Below are positions 1-10,673 of a DNA stretch of 64,000 bases, piece by piece. Position 1 is the first letter of the stretch; every line of letters starts with the position of its first letter. The translations under genes and the position numbers were made by a program. Location of the stretch: the NCBI RefSeq assembly GCF_053078305.1, contig NZ_CP166879.1. One strand, written 5' to 3'. A model generated the notes under the pieces. The model worked only from the letters and a program-made list of their open reading frames with translations, searched no databases and was not told the DNA's origin.

Positions 1-228
1 CGCCGTAGAAACTTCATTAATGGTGCCATCGCCACCACCGGCAATCACCGTTGCGACGCCCAACTTCCGGGCCTCCTCTACATATCGTGCGGCATCGCCT
101 TTCTCCCAGGTGACCCGCACATGGATCGTCATTCCTTCCTCACGCAACAGCATAATTGCTTCGCGCAATGGTAAATTGTCAGTACTTTTGCCATTAAGAA
201 TCAGTAAGCTGGCGGGAAATTCTGCCAT
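1..228 (-). CDS. yegS: lipid kinase YegS, N-terminal part (gene runs off window start)
   Basis: Minus-strand translation from ATG at 226-228 reads [69 protein letters not shown]...; ORF-track entry 20..259(+) is the antisense shadow. Confidence 0.85.
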
Positions 229-633
229 GATCGTATGTGCCTTTATGATTGGTCTGTAGATAGTGTAGAGCAGAAAAGAAAAGGTGGAGTCAGAACAGGA
301 TGAAAGTCGGAGGATAAATAGTCAGTTCAAGTATGGAGGATTCAGTGGTTACCACCAGGAGCTTGCAATGGGGACAGCGAATACTAACGGCAGCCACCGA
401 TAAATTTCAAAAAAGAGCATATACCTAATATTCAACTAAACAGTGGCATCTTCAATATAATATATTAAAGCCTCCATGGAGTTACCCGGAAGGGCCTCCA
501 TGTCCGTAATTCCTACTTATGTAGGAAATGTTGTACAGAACATTTATTATAATCCTATTCAATTATAATAATCATGCCATTATTATATTTAAACACTAGA
601 GAGTGTCGTTGGTATTTAATGGGGGAAGGTGAG

Positions 634-951
634 GTGAACAAGATAGCTGCTATATCATTAATTAGTGTTTTTCTTATGTCTGGTTGTGCTGTGCATAATG
701 ATGAGACAAGTATCGGTAAATTTGGCCTTGCATATAAAAGTAATATTCAGCGTAAACTCGATAACCAATACTACACCGAAGCCGAAGCTTCTTTAGCCAG
801 GGGCAGAATATCTGGTGCAGAAAATATAGTAAAAAATGATGCAGCCCATTTCTGTGTTACTCAGGGCAAAAAAATGCAGATAGTTGACCTGAAGACAGAA
901 GGTGCAGGATTACATGGCGTCGCTCGTCTGACATTCAAATGTGGAGAGTGA
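634..951 (+). CDS. yegR: YegR small protein (105 aa from GTG at 634 preceded by GAAGGTGAGG; ORF-track frame 574..951)
   Basis: ORF-track protein; signal-peptide/lipobox-like LMSGC near N-terminus; start choice from recalled K-12 length. Confidence 0.7.
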   Translation: MNKIAAISLISVFLMSGCAVHNDETSIGKFGLAYKSNIQRKLDNQYYTEAEASLARGRISGAENIVKNDAAHFCVTQGKKMQIVDLKTEGAGLHGVARLTFKCGE

Positions 952-1109
952 GAATATTTTTTGGTAAGCGTCAAACATGCGCGTTCTGGTTGTGCTTAGC
1001 CGGAACCTGTGCGAGCACGATGCCAATAAGTGAAAGGCATCGTGCTATGAAGGGAAATTCTATCGATGTGGTCAATGGAAGATGGTTACCAGAGATAGGG
1101 CTTATGCAT

Positions 1110-1196
1110 AAAAAATAAGCCCGTGTAAGGGAGATTACACAGGCTAAGGAGGTGGTTCCTGGTACAGCTAGCATTTTATGGGTTATGTTTTTCAGC
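1110..1196 (-). ncRNA. cyaR: CyaR (RyeE) Hfq-dependent sRNA
   Basis: Minus-strand sequence GCTGAAAAACATAACCCATAAAATGCTAGCTGTACCAGGAACCACCTCCTTAGCCTGTGTAATCTCCCTTACACGGGCTTATTTTTT matches recalled CyaR including CCUCCU seed and terminal hairpin plus U-run. Confidence 0.8.
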
Positions 1197-1280
1197 GAAA
1201 CGGATGATAACCTTAATAAATGCAGCTGTATGTGATCGGTTTCTAAGAATTTTCCATCCGGGAAAAATAATCGAAATTAA

Positions 1281-2642
1281 TCACTTACCGTGTGGGTTAC
1301 GCGTGGTTTCCCCGGAGAAATTACGCATCAGCAGAGCGTAATTGAGCTCAAGATCCTGCGGGACCGGGAGCCACACAGTATAACCATCGCCTGGTGCGAC
1401 CGGCATCGCTTCGCCTTTGGCGTTTTCCATATGCTCAAGGGTAAAGTTAATGTTGCCTTGCGGCGTCATCAGCTCAAGGCTGTCGCCAACGGAGAATTTA
1501 TTTTTCACCGCTACCGCCGCGAGGTCCCCCTTGCGCTCACCGGTAAACTCACCAACAAACTGCTGGCGGTCAGAAACCGAATAACCGTATTCGTAGTTCT
1601 GATAATCGTCGTGAGTATGACGACGCAGGAAACCTTCGGTATAGCCACGATGCGCCAGACCTTCCAGAGTTTCCAGCAGGCTGGTATCGAACGGTTTGCC
1701 CGCAGCGGCATCATCGATAGCTTTACGATAAACCTGTGCGGTGCGTGCGCAATAGTAGAAAGATTTAGTACGGCCTTCGATCTTCAGCGAATGCACGCCC
1801 ATTTTGGTCAGGCGCTCAACGTGGGCGATGGCACGCAGATCTTTCGAGTTCATAATGTAAGTGCCGTGTTCGTCTTCAAACGCGGTCATATACTCGCCCG
1901 GACGCTGGGCCTCTTCGATCATAAACACTTTGTCGGTTGGCGCGCCAATACCAAGCGTAGGCTCAACGTTTTGCACCGGAATCGGCTCGTACTTGTGTAC
2001 GATGTTGCCAACGTCATCTTCTTTACCTTCCTGTACGTTGTACTCCCAGCGGCAGGCGTTGGTGCAGGTTCCCTGGTTCGGGTCGCGTTTGTTAATGTAG
2101 CCCGAGAGCAGGCAGCGGCCGGAGTAGGCCATGCACAGTGCGCCGTGAACGAAGATCTCGATCTCCATATCCGGCACCTGATTGCGGATCTCTTCAATCT
2201 CTTCCAGCGACAGCTCGCGAGAGAGGATCACGCGGGTCAGGCCCATTTGCTGCCAGAATTTCACCGTCGCCCAGTTCACGGCGTTAGCCTGTACCGAGAG
2301 ATGGATCGGCATTTCAGGGAAGTGCTCACGCACCAGCATAATCAGCCCTGGATCGGACATAATCAGCGCATCCGGCCCCATTTCCACCACCGGTTTCAGG
2401 TCACGGATAAAGGTTTTCAGCTTGGCGTTGTGCGGTGCAATGTTGACCACGACATAAAACTTTTTCCCCAGCGCGTGGGCTTCATTGATGCCGAGCTGAA
2501 GGTTTTCGTGGTTGAATTCGTTGTTGCGCACACGCAGGGAGTAACGCGGCTGGCCCGCATAAACAGCATCTGCGCCATAAGCGAAAGCGTAACGCATATT
2601 TTTCAGCGTTCCCGCCGGGGAAAGGAGTTCCGGTTTAAACAT
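1281..2642 (-). CDS. yegQ: peptidase U32-family protein YegQ/TrhP (tRNA hydroxylation)
   Basis: 453-aa ORF, MFKPELLSPAGTLKNMRYAFAYGADAVYAGQPRYSLR...; 1290..2684(+) is an antisense shadow ORF. Confidence 0.9.
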   Translation of the reverse strand: MFKPELLSPAGTLKNMRYAFAYGADAVYAGQPRYSLRVRNNEFNHENLQLGINEAHALGKKFYVVVNIAPHNAKLKTFIRDLKPVVEMGPDALIMSDPGLIMLVREHFPEMPIHLSVQANAVNWATVKFWQQMGLTRVILSRELSLEEIEEIRNQVPDMEIEIFVHGALCMAYSGRCLLSGYINKRDPNQGTCTNACRWEYNVQEGKEDDVGNIVHKYEPIPVQNVEPTLGIGAPTDKVFMIEEAQRPGEYMTAFEDEHGTYIMNSKDLRAIAHVERLTKMGVHSLKIEGRTKSFYYCARTAQVYRKAIDDAAAGKPFDTSLLETLEGLAHRGYTEGFLRRHTHDDYQNYEYGYSVSDRQQFVGEFTGERKGDLAAVAVKNKFSVGDSLELMTPQGNINFTLEHMENAKGEAMPVAPGDGYTVWLPVPQDLELNYALLMRNFSGETTRNPHGK

Positions 2643-2744
2643 AATTCTCTCGTTCTGATGACAGGTCAGATCCGCTTCACCTGATGAAGCGGTTAGGGGA
2701 GTGCCCCCACTTTAAGGGCGGGCATTGTAGCGCAATCGGCGGGT

Positions 2745-3041
2745 TTAGCTCCAGTGTAAATGTCTGGTGGCGTCCTGGTTTTGGTTAAGGATACGAATGA
2801 CGATAATTTCCCCTGGTGATTGCAGGAAATAAATTACGTGGCGTTCAAAAGGAAGAACAAAAATACCTTCGCCTAATTCAGGTCTGGGCGTACCTATATT
2901 ATTGTTACTCAGAATCTGGAGAACGTCTGAAAGATGTTCCACATATCTGTCGGCTTGTGGTTCGCCGAAATGGTGATAACTGTAATACCAGATGCCTTCT
3001 AAATCCTCATTGGCTTTTGGCATGAGTTTAATAATACGCAC
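2745..3041 (-). CDS. ParE/RelE-family type II toxin
   Basis: 98-aa ORF; ParE-like pattern ...ANEDLEGIWYYS...ADRYV...FERHVIYF...EIIVIRILNQNQDATRHL; starts 1 nt after antitoxin stop. Confidence 0.8.
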   Translation of the reverse strand: MRIIKLMPKANEDLEGIWYYSYHHFGEPQADRYVEHLSDVLQILSNNNIGTPRPELGEGIFVLPFERHVIYFLQSPGEIIVIRILNQNQDATRHLHWS

Positions 3042-3042
3042 A

Positions 3043-3294
3043 TTATTTCCTTATCCCTGCTTTCACCTTCCGTAAAAACGCGTCCTTTTCCCACGGCTGA
3101 GCTTCACCACTACTCAACCCTTCTGCAAGCATGTCACGTAATGCTTGCAGGCGAGACTCTGCTTGCTTTTCTCGAAGTAAGCGCAGTGACTCACGGATCA
3201 CTTCGCTTTGGGTGCGATAGTCGCCGGATTCAATTAAGGACTCGATAAATTCACGCAACTCATCGCCGAGATCAACCGTCATCGTTCTGGCCAT
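3043..3294 (-). CDS. ParD-family antitoxin (RHH/CopG-like DNA-binding)
   Basis: 83-aa ORF MARTMTVDLGDELREFIESLIESGDYRTQSEVIRESLRLLREKQ...; AGGAGA RBS upstream; immediately upstream of toxin. Confidence 0.8.
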   Translation of the reverse strand: MARTMTVDLGDELREFIESLIESGDYRTQSEVIRESLRLLREKQAESRLQALRDMLAEGLSSGEAQPWEKDAFLRKVKAGIRK

Positions 3295-3308
3295 GTTTAT
3301 GCTCTCCT

Positions 3309-3326
3309 GTAAGTAAAAATCTTACA
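3309..3326. promoter_or_regulatory. palindrome TGTAAG-N6-CTTACA just upstream of parD start, candidate autoregulatory operator
   Basis: Inverted repeat read directly at 3309-3314 / 3321-3326. Confidence 0.3.
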
Positions 3327-3537
3327 TCAGTGTATGTCATAAACCGGATAGCGTCACGAAAAGTATTAGAAGATATTTTGGCAGATGAACATGTTCAGGA
3401 GGATAAGCATGGAGATGTTAAACAAAGAAAGCACAATGAGTATTCATCAGTGTCCACTATTTTAATGGCGCAGGTAAATAAATAAGCGTTATTTGGAAAT
3501 AAAGCCGGACGCCAACAACCCACGCCCGGCATCGTAA

Positions 3538-3870
3538 TTACGTATTGTCTTTCACCGTCTGGCTTGTGCCATTGGCTTTAACGGAGGCAATTCCGGTTTC
3601 ACGAGATTGCGCGGTGGCATACATCTGGCTGGAGCCGATAATTTGATGATTGGCGGCTTTCAGATTGAAATAGAATTTGCCGTTGCTTGCCGTTTTTTTC
3701 TCATAGCGTTCTTCTTGCGGGCTGTTGCTACGCACCGACGCGATGCCCTTTTCCGCAGAGGCTTTTGAAGTATACAGCTCGCTGGTGAGGATAGTCTCAC
3801 CATTGCCCGCTTTTAGCACAAACCGGAACTGATTATCACTGCTCTTACTGAGTTCAAACCAACCAGCCAT
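3538..3870 (-). CDS. yegP: YegP (DUF1508/UPF0339) protein, 110 aa from internal ATG
   Basis: MAGWFELSKSSDNQFRFVLKAGNGETILTSELY...; ORF-track frame extends to 3909 but homolog start is M14. Confidence 0.85.
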   Translation of the reverse strand: MAGWFELSKSSDNQFRFVLKAGNGETILTSELYTSKASAEKGIASVRSNSPQEERYEKKTASNGKFYFNLKAANHQIIGSSQMYATAQSRETGIASVKANGTSQTVKDNT

Positions 3871-3900
3871 AATGACTCCTTGATTGAAATTGTGTATCGA

Positions 3901-3924
3901 AAACAGCATCTAAAGGTGCTGTTT
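3901..3924. terminator. hairpin AACAGCA-N8-TGCTGTT flanked by T/A runs between baeR and yegP, possible terminator/attenuator
   Basis: Perfect 7-bp stem read in sequence; U-run weak. Confidence 0.3.
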
Positions 3925-4060
3925 ACCGATTAAAGTATGAGCGATTTTCTGATGCCTGCCAGGGCGGAGAGATAATGTCAGTTTGCTGACCATGCGTGGG
4001 ATAATGTTGCCGGATCGGGTCTGAACGCCATCTCCGGCTAACAAAGTCATGTCGCTAAAA

Positions 4061-4783
4061 CTAAACGATGCGGCAGGCGTCGGCTTCCCAGCGGTAACCA
4101 ACGCCGTAAACGGCGCGGATAAATGACTGTTCGGCGTCGAGAGATTCCAGCTTGCGGCGCAGGTTTTTAATGTGGCTGTCGATGGTGCGGTCGGTTACTA
4201 CGCGGTAGTCGTCATAAAGATGATTGAGCAATTGCTCGCGGGAGAACACTTTTCCTGGTTCATGAGAGAGCGTTTTCAGCAGACGAAATTCCGCAGGCGT
4301 CAGGTCAAGCATTTTACCGCGCCATGAAGCCTGAAAACGGCCTTCGTCGATAATCAACGGGCTTTCAGCATCCTGTTGTTGCAACTCACGCTGCGGTTTG
4401 CAACGGCGCAAAATGGTTTTGACACGCGCTACCACTTCCCGTGGGCTGTACGGCTTGCAGATGTAGTCATCTGCGCCAATCTCCAGCCCCAGCAGGCGGT
4501 CGATCTCTTCGATTTTTGCTGTCACCATCACGATAGGAATGTCAGAAAAACGACGAATTTCCCGGCACAGCGTCAGGCCATCGGTGCCAGGGAGCATCAG
4601 ATCCAACAGGATCAGATCCGGTGGTGTCTGGCGCACATACGGCAGTACCTGATCGCCGTGACTGATAAGCGTCGGCGCATAGCTCGCAGCACGCAGATAA
4701 TCAATGAGCAACTGCCCCAGCTTCGGTTCATCTTCCACGATCAAAATACGCGGTGTGTTTTCGTCGATTGGTAACTCGGTCAT
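4061..4783 (-). CDS. baeR: response regulator BaeR (OmpR family)
   Basis: 240-aa ORF, receiver domain plus winged-helix; synteny after baeS. Confidence 0.95.
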
Positions 4784-6183
4784 ACTTCTCTCTGTAAATC
4801 CCGTTCCAGCGGTAACTCTACTGTAATGCTTACCCCGCCAAAAGGCGAATGGGCGGCAATAATGCGGCCATTATGTGCTTCAACAATGTTCAGGCAAATC
4901 GCCAGCCCCAGCCCGGAACCGCCGCTGGCACGGTTGCGGGAACCTTCGGTGCGATAAAAACGTTCAAACAATTTTTGTAGCTGATCGTCACTGACACCTG
5001 GCGCACTGTCGGCAAAGGTCAGGCGCACCGTTTTGTCGTGCTGCTCGGCAGAGATTTTCAGGCTGCCGCCGCTGTCAGTGTAGCGCAGGCTGTTTTCCAG
5101 TAAGTTATTGAACAACTGCATTAAACGGTCGCGATCGCCAAATACGGTAATACTGTCTGGCAGGGAAAATTGCAGTTTCAGGCCACGGCTGGCGAATCGT
5201 TCGCGAAATGCGCCGCCCGCCACTTCCAGCAGTGGGATCAAATCTACCGGTGCTTTTTGATAGGCGAGAGCGCCTTCATCAGACATCGACAACTGATGAA
5301 GATCGTCAACCAGTTTGGTCAGTGTACCGACCTCCGCCTGTAAAGACGCCACCGTCTCCGGCGTGAATTTACGCACGCCATCCTGAATGGCTTCCAGTTC
5401 ACCGCGCAGCACCGCTAATGGCGTACGCAGTTCGTGAGAAATATCGGCCATAAAATCGCGCCGCATTTGCTGGTTTTTCTCCAGCGTGCTGGCGAGCTGG
5501 TTGAAGTCTTGCGCCAGTTTGCCCAGTTCATCTTCACTGGTGGGCGTTACGCGGGTAGTGAAATCGCCCGCCGCCAGTTTGTGCGTGCCGTCTACCAGCC
5601 GTTTGACCGGGGCCAAAAGACCACGCGCCAGCAGAAAGGTGGCGAGCGCCGCGAGTAACGTTGCCAGGGCGACAATCAGCCAGCTGGTTTGCCGTTGTTG
5701 TTTATCGAAATTGATATCAGTATTGCGGGTCAGCCGCTCAACGGGGGAGGCAATCACCGCGCCCACTTCCGCACCGTTGACCAGAATGGGTCGCCGTGTA
5801 CCGTCAGGTGGAATCGGCGCTCGCGGACCAACCAGCACCTTGTTGTTTTGATCAACCACCCAGAACTGAGTACGCCAGCCGTGTGGTGGCATACCCGGGC
5901 CGGGTTTATCTTCCGAATTATCGTGTTCAAATGAACGCAGGATCTGAAAGACAAAGCGATCATTGTTGCGCAGGAAGCGCCAGTTGCCATGCTGCGCATA
6001 CTGCTCGCCAAGCGCATCACTTAACAGTTGTAATCGCTGTTCATTACCATGCTTGATGTAATCAATAAAGCCACGCTCAAAACTGATACGCACCGCCCAG
6101 TGCATACTGATCAGCAAGACAATGCAGGTGGCGAAAATCGCCAGAAACAGTTTGCCGGTAATACCGGGTCGCCAGAACTTCAT
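4780..6183 (-). CDS. baeS: sensor histidine kinase BaeS
   Basis: 467-aa ORF with H-box (ISHELRTPL) and ATPase motifs; 4-bp overlap with baeR. Confidence 0.95.
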
Positions 6184-7595
6184 TGCGCGCTCCTTTTTCG
6201 CCGCGAAATAGCTACATTTTGATGCGTATCGTTCGGCACTCTGGCAAAGATGAACGCCGGAAGGGCGATGATAAACGCCATGCTAAGCCAGGTGTACATA
6301 AAGACGGTTTGTGTGGTGCCGCTGTCGACGCTGACATGCTGCGAACCAAAAAGTCCCAGCAACAGCCCGGCGATGGTGACGCCGATACTCATCGACAATT
6401 GCATAATCATCGACAGCAGACTGTTGCCGCTGCTCGCCAGGTTGTCCGGGAGATCTTTCAGCGTCAGGGTGTTCATGGAGGAGAAACGGGTCGAGTTGAC
6501 CATCCCTTGTAAAAACAGGACGAACGGCAAAACGTAGTACCAGCCCAGCAGCGCGGTGGTCATAAACAACAGGCTGACCAGCGACAGGCCCAGCGTGGTC
6601 GCCACCAGTACCCGACGATAACCAAAGCGATTCACTACCTGCACCACAATCCGCTTCATTCCCATGCTGCCGAGCACCATCGGGATCATCATCAGTCCGG
6701 CATGAAACGGCGAGAAACCGAGGCCAATTTGCAGGAACACCGGCGTCATAAAGGGCAACATGCCGCTGCCGATACGTCCGGCAAAACTCCCCGCCAGACC
6801 CAGCGAAAAGGTACGAGTACGGAACAGTTTCAAACTGAACAGGGCGCGGTTGTTGTTTCTGGCGTGCAGCAGATAAAGCGCAATGGCTACCACGCCCACC
6901 GCGACCAGTCCTGCGATTGCCAGCGTCGGTAAGCCCGTACCTTTACTGCCATCCAGCGCCAGGGTTAATACCGCCATGCCAACCGCCAGCAATAAAAAAC
7001 CTGAGAGATCGAAGCGCCGCGTCTGCATGGTGTAGTTCGGCATTAACATCAATGTGGCGATCGCACCAATAATTCCCACCGGAATGTTGATCAAAAAGAT
7101 CCAGTGCCACGACGCGTACTCCACCAGCAGGCCGCCGAGCGCCGGACCGAGCAGCGGACCGACCTGACCGGGTAACGTGACAAAGGTCATCGCCGCCATA
7201 TATTGCTCGCGCGGTACGATTTTCATCACCGTAAGCCTTCCGACCGGCACCATCATCGCACCGCCAACGCCCTGTAACGCGCGTGCCAGCAACAGTTCGT
7301 TCAGCGTGCCGGAAAGCGCGCAAAACAATGAACCGAGAGTAAACAGCACGATGGCGGTAAAGAAAATATTGCGCACGCCGACCTTGTCCGCCAGCCAGCC
7401 GCTGGCGGGCAGCATCACCGCCACGGTCAGCACATAAGAGACAATGACCATGTGCATATGCAACGGACTTTCCCCGAGGCTTTGCGCCATTGAGGGAAGG
7501 GCGGTGTTTACGATGGTGGTGTCCAGCGACTGCATAAAGAAGCCGAAAGCCACAATCCACAATTGCCAGCGGGTGCTGTCAGGAAGATCTGTCAT
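6180..7595 (-). CDS. mdtD: MFS transporter MdtD
   Basis: 471-aa polytopic membrane ORF; synteny. Confidence 0.95.
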   Translation of the reverse strand: MTDLPDSTRWQLWIVAFGFFMQSLDTTIVNTALPSMAQSLGESPLHMHMVIVSYVLTVAVMLPASGWLADKVGVRNIFFTAIVLFTLGSLFCALSGTLNELLLARALQGVGGAMMVPVGRLTVMKIVPREQYMAAMTFVTLPGQVGPLLGPALGGLLVEYASWHWIFLINIPVGIIGAIATLMLMPNYTMQTRRFDLSGFLLLAVGMAVLTLALDGSKGTGLPTLAIAGLVAVGVVAIALYLLHARNNNRALFSLKLFRTRTFSLGLAGSFAGRIGSGMLPFMTPVFLQIGLGFSPFHAGLMMIPMVLGSMGMKRIVVQVVNRFGYRRVLVATTLGLSLVSLLFMTTALLGWYYVLPFVLFLQGMVNSTRFSSMNTLTLKDLPDNLASSGNSLLSMIMQLSMSIGVTIAGLLLGLFGSQHVSVDSGTTQTVFMYTWLSMAFIIALPAFIFARVPNDTHQNVAISRRKRSAQ

Positions 7596-10500
7596 TTACT
7601 CGGTTACCGTTTGTTTAGGTTTACGCGAAAAACGCAGCCGCAGACGGTCGAAAAAGAGATACACCACCGGCGTGGTATACAGCGTCAGGAGCTGGCTCAT
7701 TACCAGACCGCCGACAATGGTGATCCCCAGGGGTTGCCGCAGCTCAGAGCCGTCACCGCCCGACAATACCAGCGGCAGCGCACCAAACAGCGCCGCCAGG
7801 GTGGTCATCATAATCGGGCGAAAACGCAGCAGACAGGCCTGGAAAATAGCTTCCTGCGGCGTCAGGTTACCGTGCCGTTGGGCTTCGAGCGCAAAATCGA
7901 CCATCATAATGGCGTTTTTCTTCACGATGCCGATTAATAACATAATCCCTATCAGGGCGATTAGGCTGAACGGGGCATTGAACAGCTCCAGCGCCAGCAG
8001 CGCTCCAACGCCCGCCGAGGGCAGGGTGGAGAGAATCGTCAGCGGATGTACGTAACTCTCGTAAAGGATACCCAGCACGATATACACCGTGGCGATGGCG
8101 GCGATAATCAGGATCACCTGTGAGTTCATCGTCTCCTGGAACACCTGCGCCGTGCCGGCAAAACTGCCGCGCACCGTCGAAGGCACACCAAGCTGGGTCA
8201 TTGCGCGATCGATCGCCGCACTGGCGTCCGAGAGCGATTTTCCGGTCGGCAGGTTAAACGAGATGGTCGAGGCTGCCGATAATCCCTGATGATTCACCGA
8301 TAGCGGAGCATTCGCCGGTTGCCATTTAGCGAAATACGACAGCGGGATCGCTTTGCCTTCGTTATTGATAACGAACATTTTTTCCAGTGCACTGATGTCC
8401 TGGGTATAGCGCGGATCCACTTCCATCACCACTTTATACTGGTTCATCGGCTGGTAAATGGTCGAGATTTGCCGCTGACCGAAGGCGTTATTTAACAGGC
8501 TGTTGGCGGCCTGCACGTCGATTCCCAGCCGTGCCATCGTGTCGCGATCGTAAACCAGATTCATCTCCGCGCCGTTATCCTGCTGATCGGAGTTCACGTC
8601 CGCCAGTTCCGGCAATGTCGCCAGTTTTTTGCGGATTTTCGGCTCCCATTCGCGCAGTGCCGCCAGGTCGTCGGATAACAACGTGTACTGGTAGCTGGCG
8701 TTCGACTGACGTCCGCCAACGCGAATATCCTGTACCGCCATCAGGAACAGATTCGCCCCCGGTTCTTTTGCCAGCTTCACGCGCAAACGGTCGATAATTT
8801 GCTGCGCCGTTTCGCTGCGTTCGTCGCGTGACTTCAGAGTGATAAACATCATCCCACTGTTAACTCGTGAACCGCCGGTAAAGCCGGTGACATTATCCAC
8901 TGCCGGATCGTCACGGATAATTTTCATGAAATCCTGCAATTTGCCGCGCATTGCCTGAAACGAAATACTCTGATCTGCCTGTATCCCGCCCATCAACACG
9001 CCGGTGTCCTGCTCCGGGAAGAAGGTTTTCGGGATCGAGATATACAGCCAGATATTCAGTGCAATGGTGCCAAGCAGCACCACGCCCACCAGACGGGTAT
9101 GATTGAGCACCCATTTCAGCGACTTACCATAGCCTTGTTGCAGGGCTACCAACATGCGACCAAAACCACGCAGTCGCTTTTGCTCACGCGGCTTGCTGGC
9201 TTTCAGCATCCAGCCACACATCATTGGCGTTAGCGTCAGGGAAACCAGCAGCGAAATCCCAATGGCGACAGAAAGCGTCACGGCAAATTCGCGTAACAGG
9301 CGACCCGGCAATCCGCCCATCAACAGCAGCGGCAGGAACACCGCCACCAGTGACAGACTCATCGACAGCACCGTAAAGCCGACTTCACGGGTGCCTTGCA
9401 GCGCGGCCTGTAGTGGTTTCATTCCCGCTTCCAGATGACGGGCAATGTTTTCCAGCACCACGATGGCGTCATCCACCACAAAGCCTGTGGCGATGGTGAG
9501 CGCCATTAACGACAGGTTATTGAGACTGAATCCGCACAGGTACATCGCCGCAAACGTACCAATCAGCGAAACCGGCACTGCAACGGCGGGAATAATAGTG
9601 GCGCGACCCGAGCGCAGGAATAAAAAGACCACCAGAATCACCAGCGCCACCGAGATAATCAGCGTTTGCTCGACTTCTTCCAGCGAGGCGCGAATGGTGG
9701 GGGAGCGATCCTGAGCAATTTGCAGATCAATCGCCGCCGGAATGGTTTCCTGCAACTCCGGTAATTTTGCCCGGATGCTGTCAACCGTCTGGATAATATT
9801 GGCTTCCGGCAGCTTGCGGATCATCAGCAAAATAGCCGGTTTGGCGTTGGTCATCCCGGCGTTGCGCACATCCTGCACCGAGTCGGTCACCGTCGCCACA
9901 TCGCCCAGACGAACCGCGCCGCCGTTGTTGTAATGAATAATCAACGGCTGATATTCAGCGGCGGTTTTTAGCTCATCATTGGTCTGGATCTGCCAGCGGT
10001 GAGTGCCATCTTCCAGCGCCCCCTGCGGTTTACGCACGTTGGCATTGCTGATGGCAGTGCGTACGTCGTCCAGCGACACGCCCTGATTAAACAGCGCCTG
10101 CGGGTTCAGCCCGACGCGCACGGCGGGCAGCGAGCTGCCGCCGACATCGACATCACCGACGCCGTCGATTTGCGAAATCGTCGGAGCCAGCTGCGTCGAG
10201 GCGAAATCGTACAATTCACCCTGCGAATAAGTATCGGAGGTTAGCGTCAGGATCATAATTGGCGCATCCGACGGGTTCGCTTTGCGATAAGTCGGGCGGC
10301 TGGGCATCCCACTGGGCAGCAGACTTTGTGCGGCGTTGATCGCCGCCTGCACATCACGCGCTGCGCCGTTGATATCCCGGTCAAAATCAAACTGCAAAAT
10401 AATGCGCGTGCTGCCGAGCGAACTGCTGGAGGTCATTTCACTGACCCCGGCAATGCGCCCAAGTGAGCGCTCCAGCGGCGTGGCAACGGCAGACGCCATT

Positions 10501-10673
10501 GTCTCCGGCGACGCACCGGGCAGCGAGGCGCTGACCATAATCACCGGAAAATCGACCTGCGGCAGCGGGGCGACCGGCAGCATACGGAAACCCAGTATGC
10601 CGCACAGGGTAATGGCAACCGACAGTAAAATCGTCGCCACCGGGCGGTAAATGAAGAGGGCAAAAAACTTCAC
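7596..10673 (-). CDS. mdtC: RND efflux pump subunit MdtC
   Basis: 1025-aa RND transporter ORF. Confidence 0.95.
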   Translation of the reverse strand: MKFFALFIYRPVATILLSVAITLCGILGFRMLPVAPLPQVDFPVIMVSASLPGASPETMASAVATPLERSLGRIAGVSEMTSSSSLGSTRIILQFDFDRDINGAARDVQAAINAAQSLLPSGMPSRPTYRKANPSDAPIMILTLTSDTYSQGELYDFASTQLAPTISQIDGVGDVDVGGSSLPAVRVGLNPQALFNQGVSLDDVRTAISNANVRKPQGALEDGTHRWQIQTNDELKTAAEYQPLIIHYNNGGAVRLGDVATVTDSVQDVRNAGMTNAKPAILLMIRKLPEANIIQTVDSIRAKLPELQETIPAAIDLQIAQDRSPTIRASLEEVEQTLIISVALVILVVFLFLRSGRATIIPAVAVPVSLIGTFAAMYLCGFSLNNLSLMALTIATGFVVDDAIVVLENIARHLEAGMKPLQAALQGTREVGFTVLSMSLSLVAVFLPLLLMGGLPGRLLREFAVTLSVAIGISLLVSLTLTPMMCGWMLKASKPREQKRLRGFGRMLVALQQGYGKSLKWVLNHTRLVGVVLLGTIALNIWLYISIPKTFFPEQDTGVLMGGIQADQSISFQAMRGKLQDFMKIIRDDPAVDNVTGFTGGSRVNSGMMFITLKSRDERSETAQQIIDRLRVKLAKEPGANLFLMAVQDIRVGGRQSNASYQYTLLSDDLAALREWEPKIRKKLATLPELADVNSDQQDNGAEMNLVYDRDTMARLGIDVQAANSLLNNAFGQRQISTIYQPMNQYKVVMEVDPRYTQDISALEKMFVINNEGKAIPLSYFAKWQPANAPLSVNHQGLSAASTISFNLPTGKSLSDASAAIDRAMTQLGVPSTVRGSFAGTAQVFQETMNSQVILIIAAIATVYIVLGILYESYVHPLTILSTLPSAGVGALLALELFNAPFSLIALIGIMLLIGIVKKNAIMMVDFALEAQRHGNLTPQEAIFQACLLRFRPIMMTTLAALFGALPLVLSGGDGSELRQPLGITIVGGLVMSQLLTLYTTPVVYLFFDRLRLRFSRKPKQTVTE

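Noticed and set aside
1290-2684. 464-aa plus-strand ORF in the ORF track
   Set aside because: Antisense shadow of yegQ; low-complexity Val/Arg-rich translation typical of reverse-frame artefacts.
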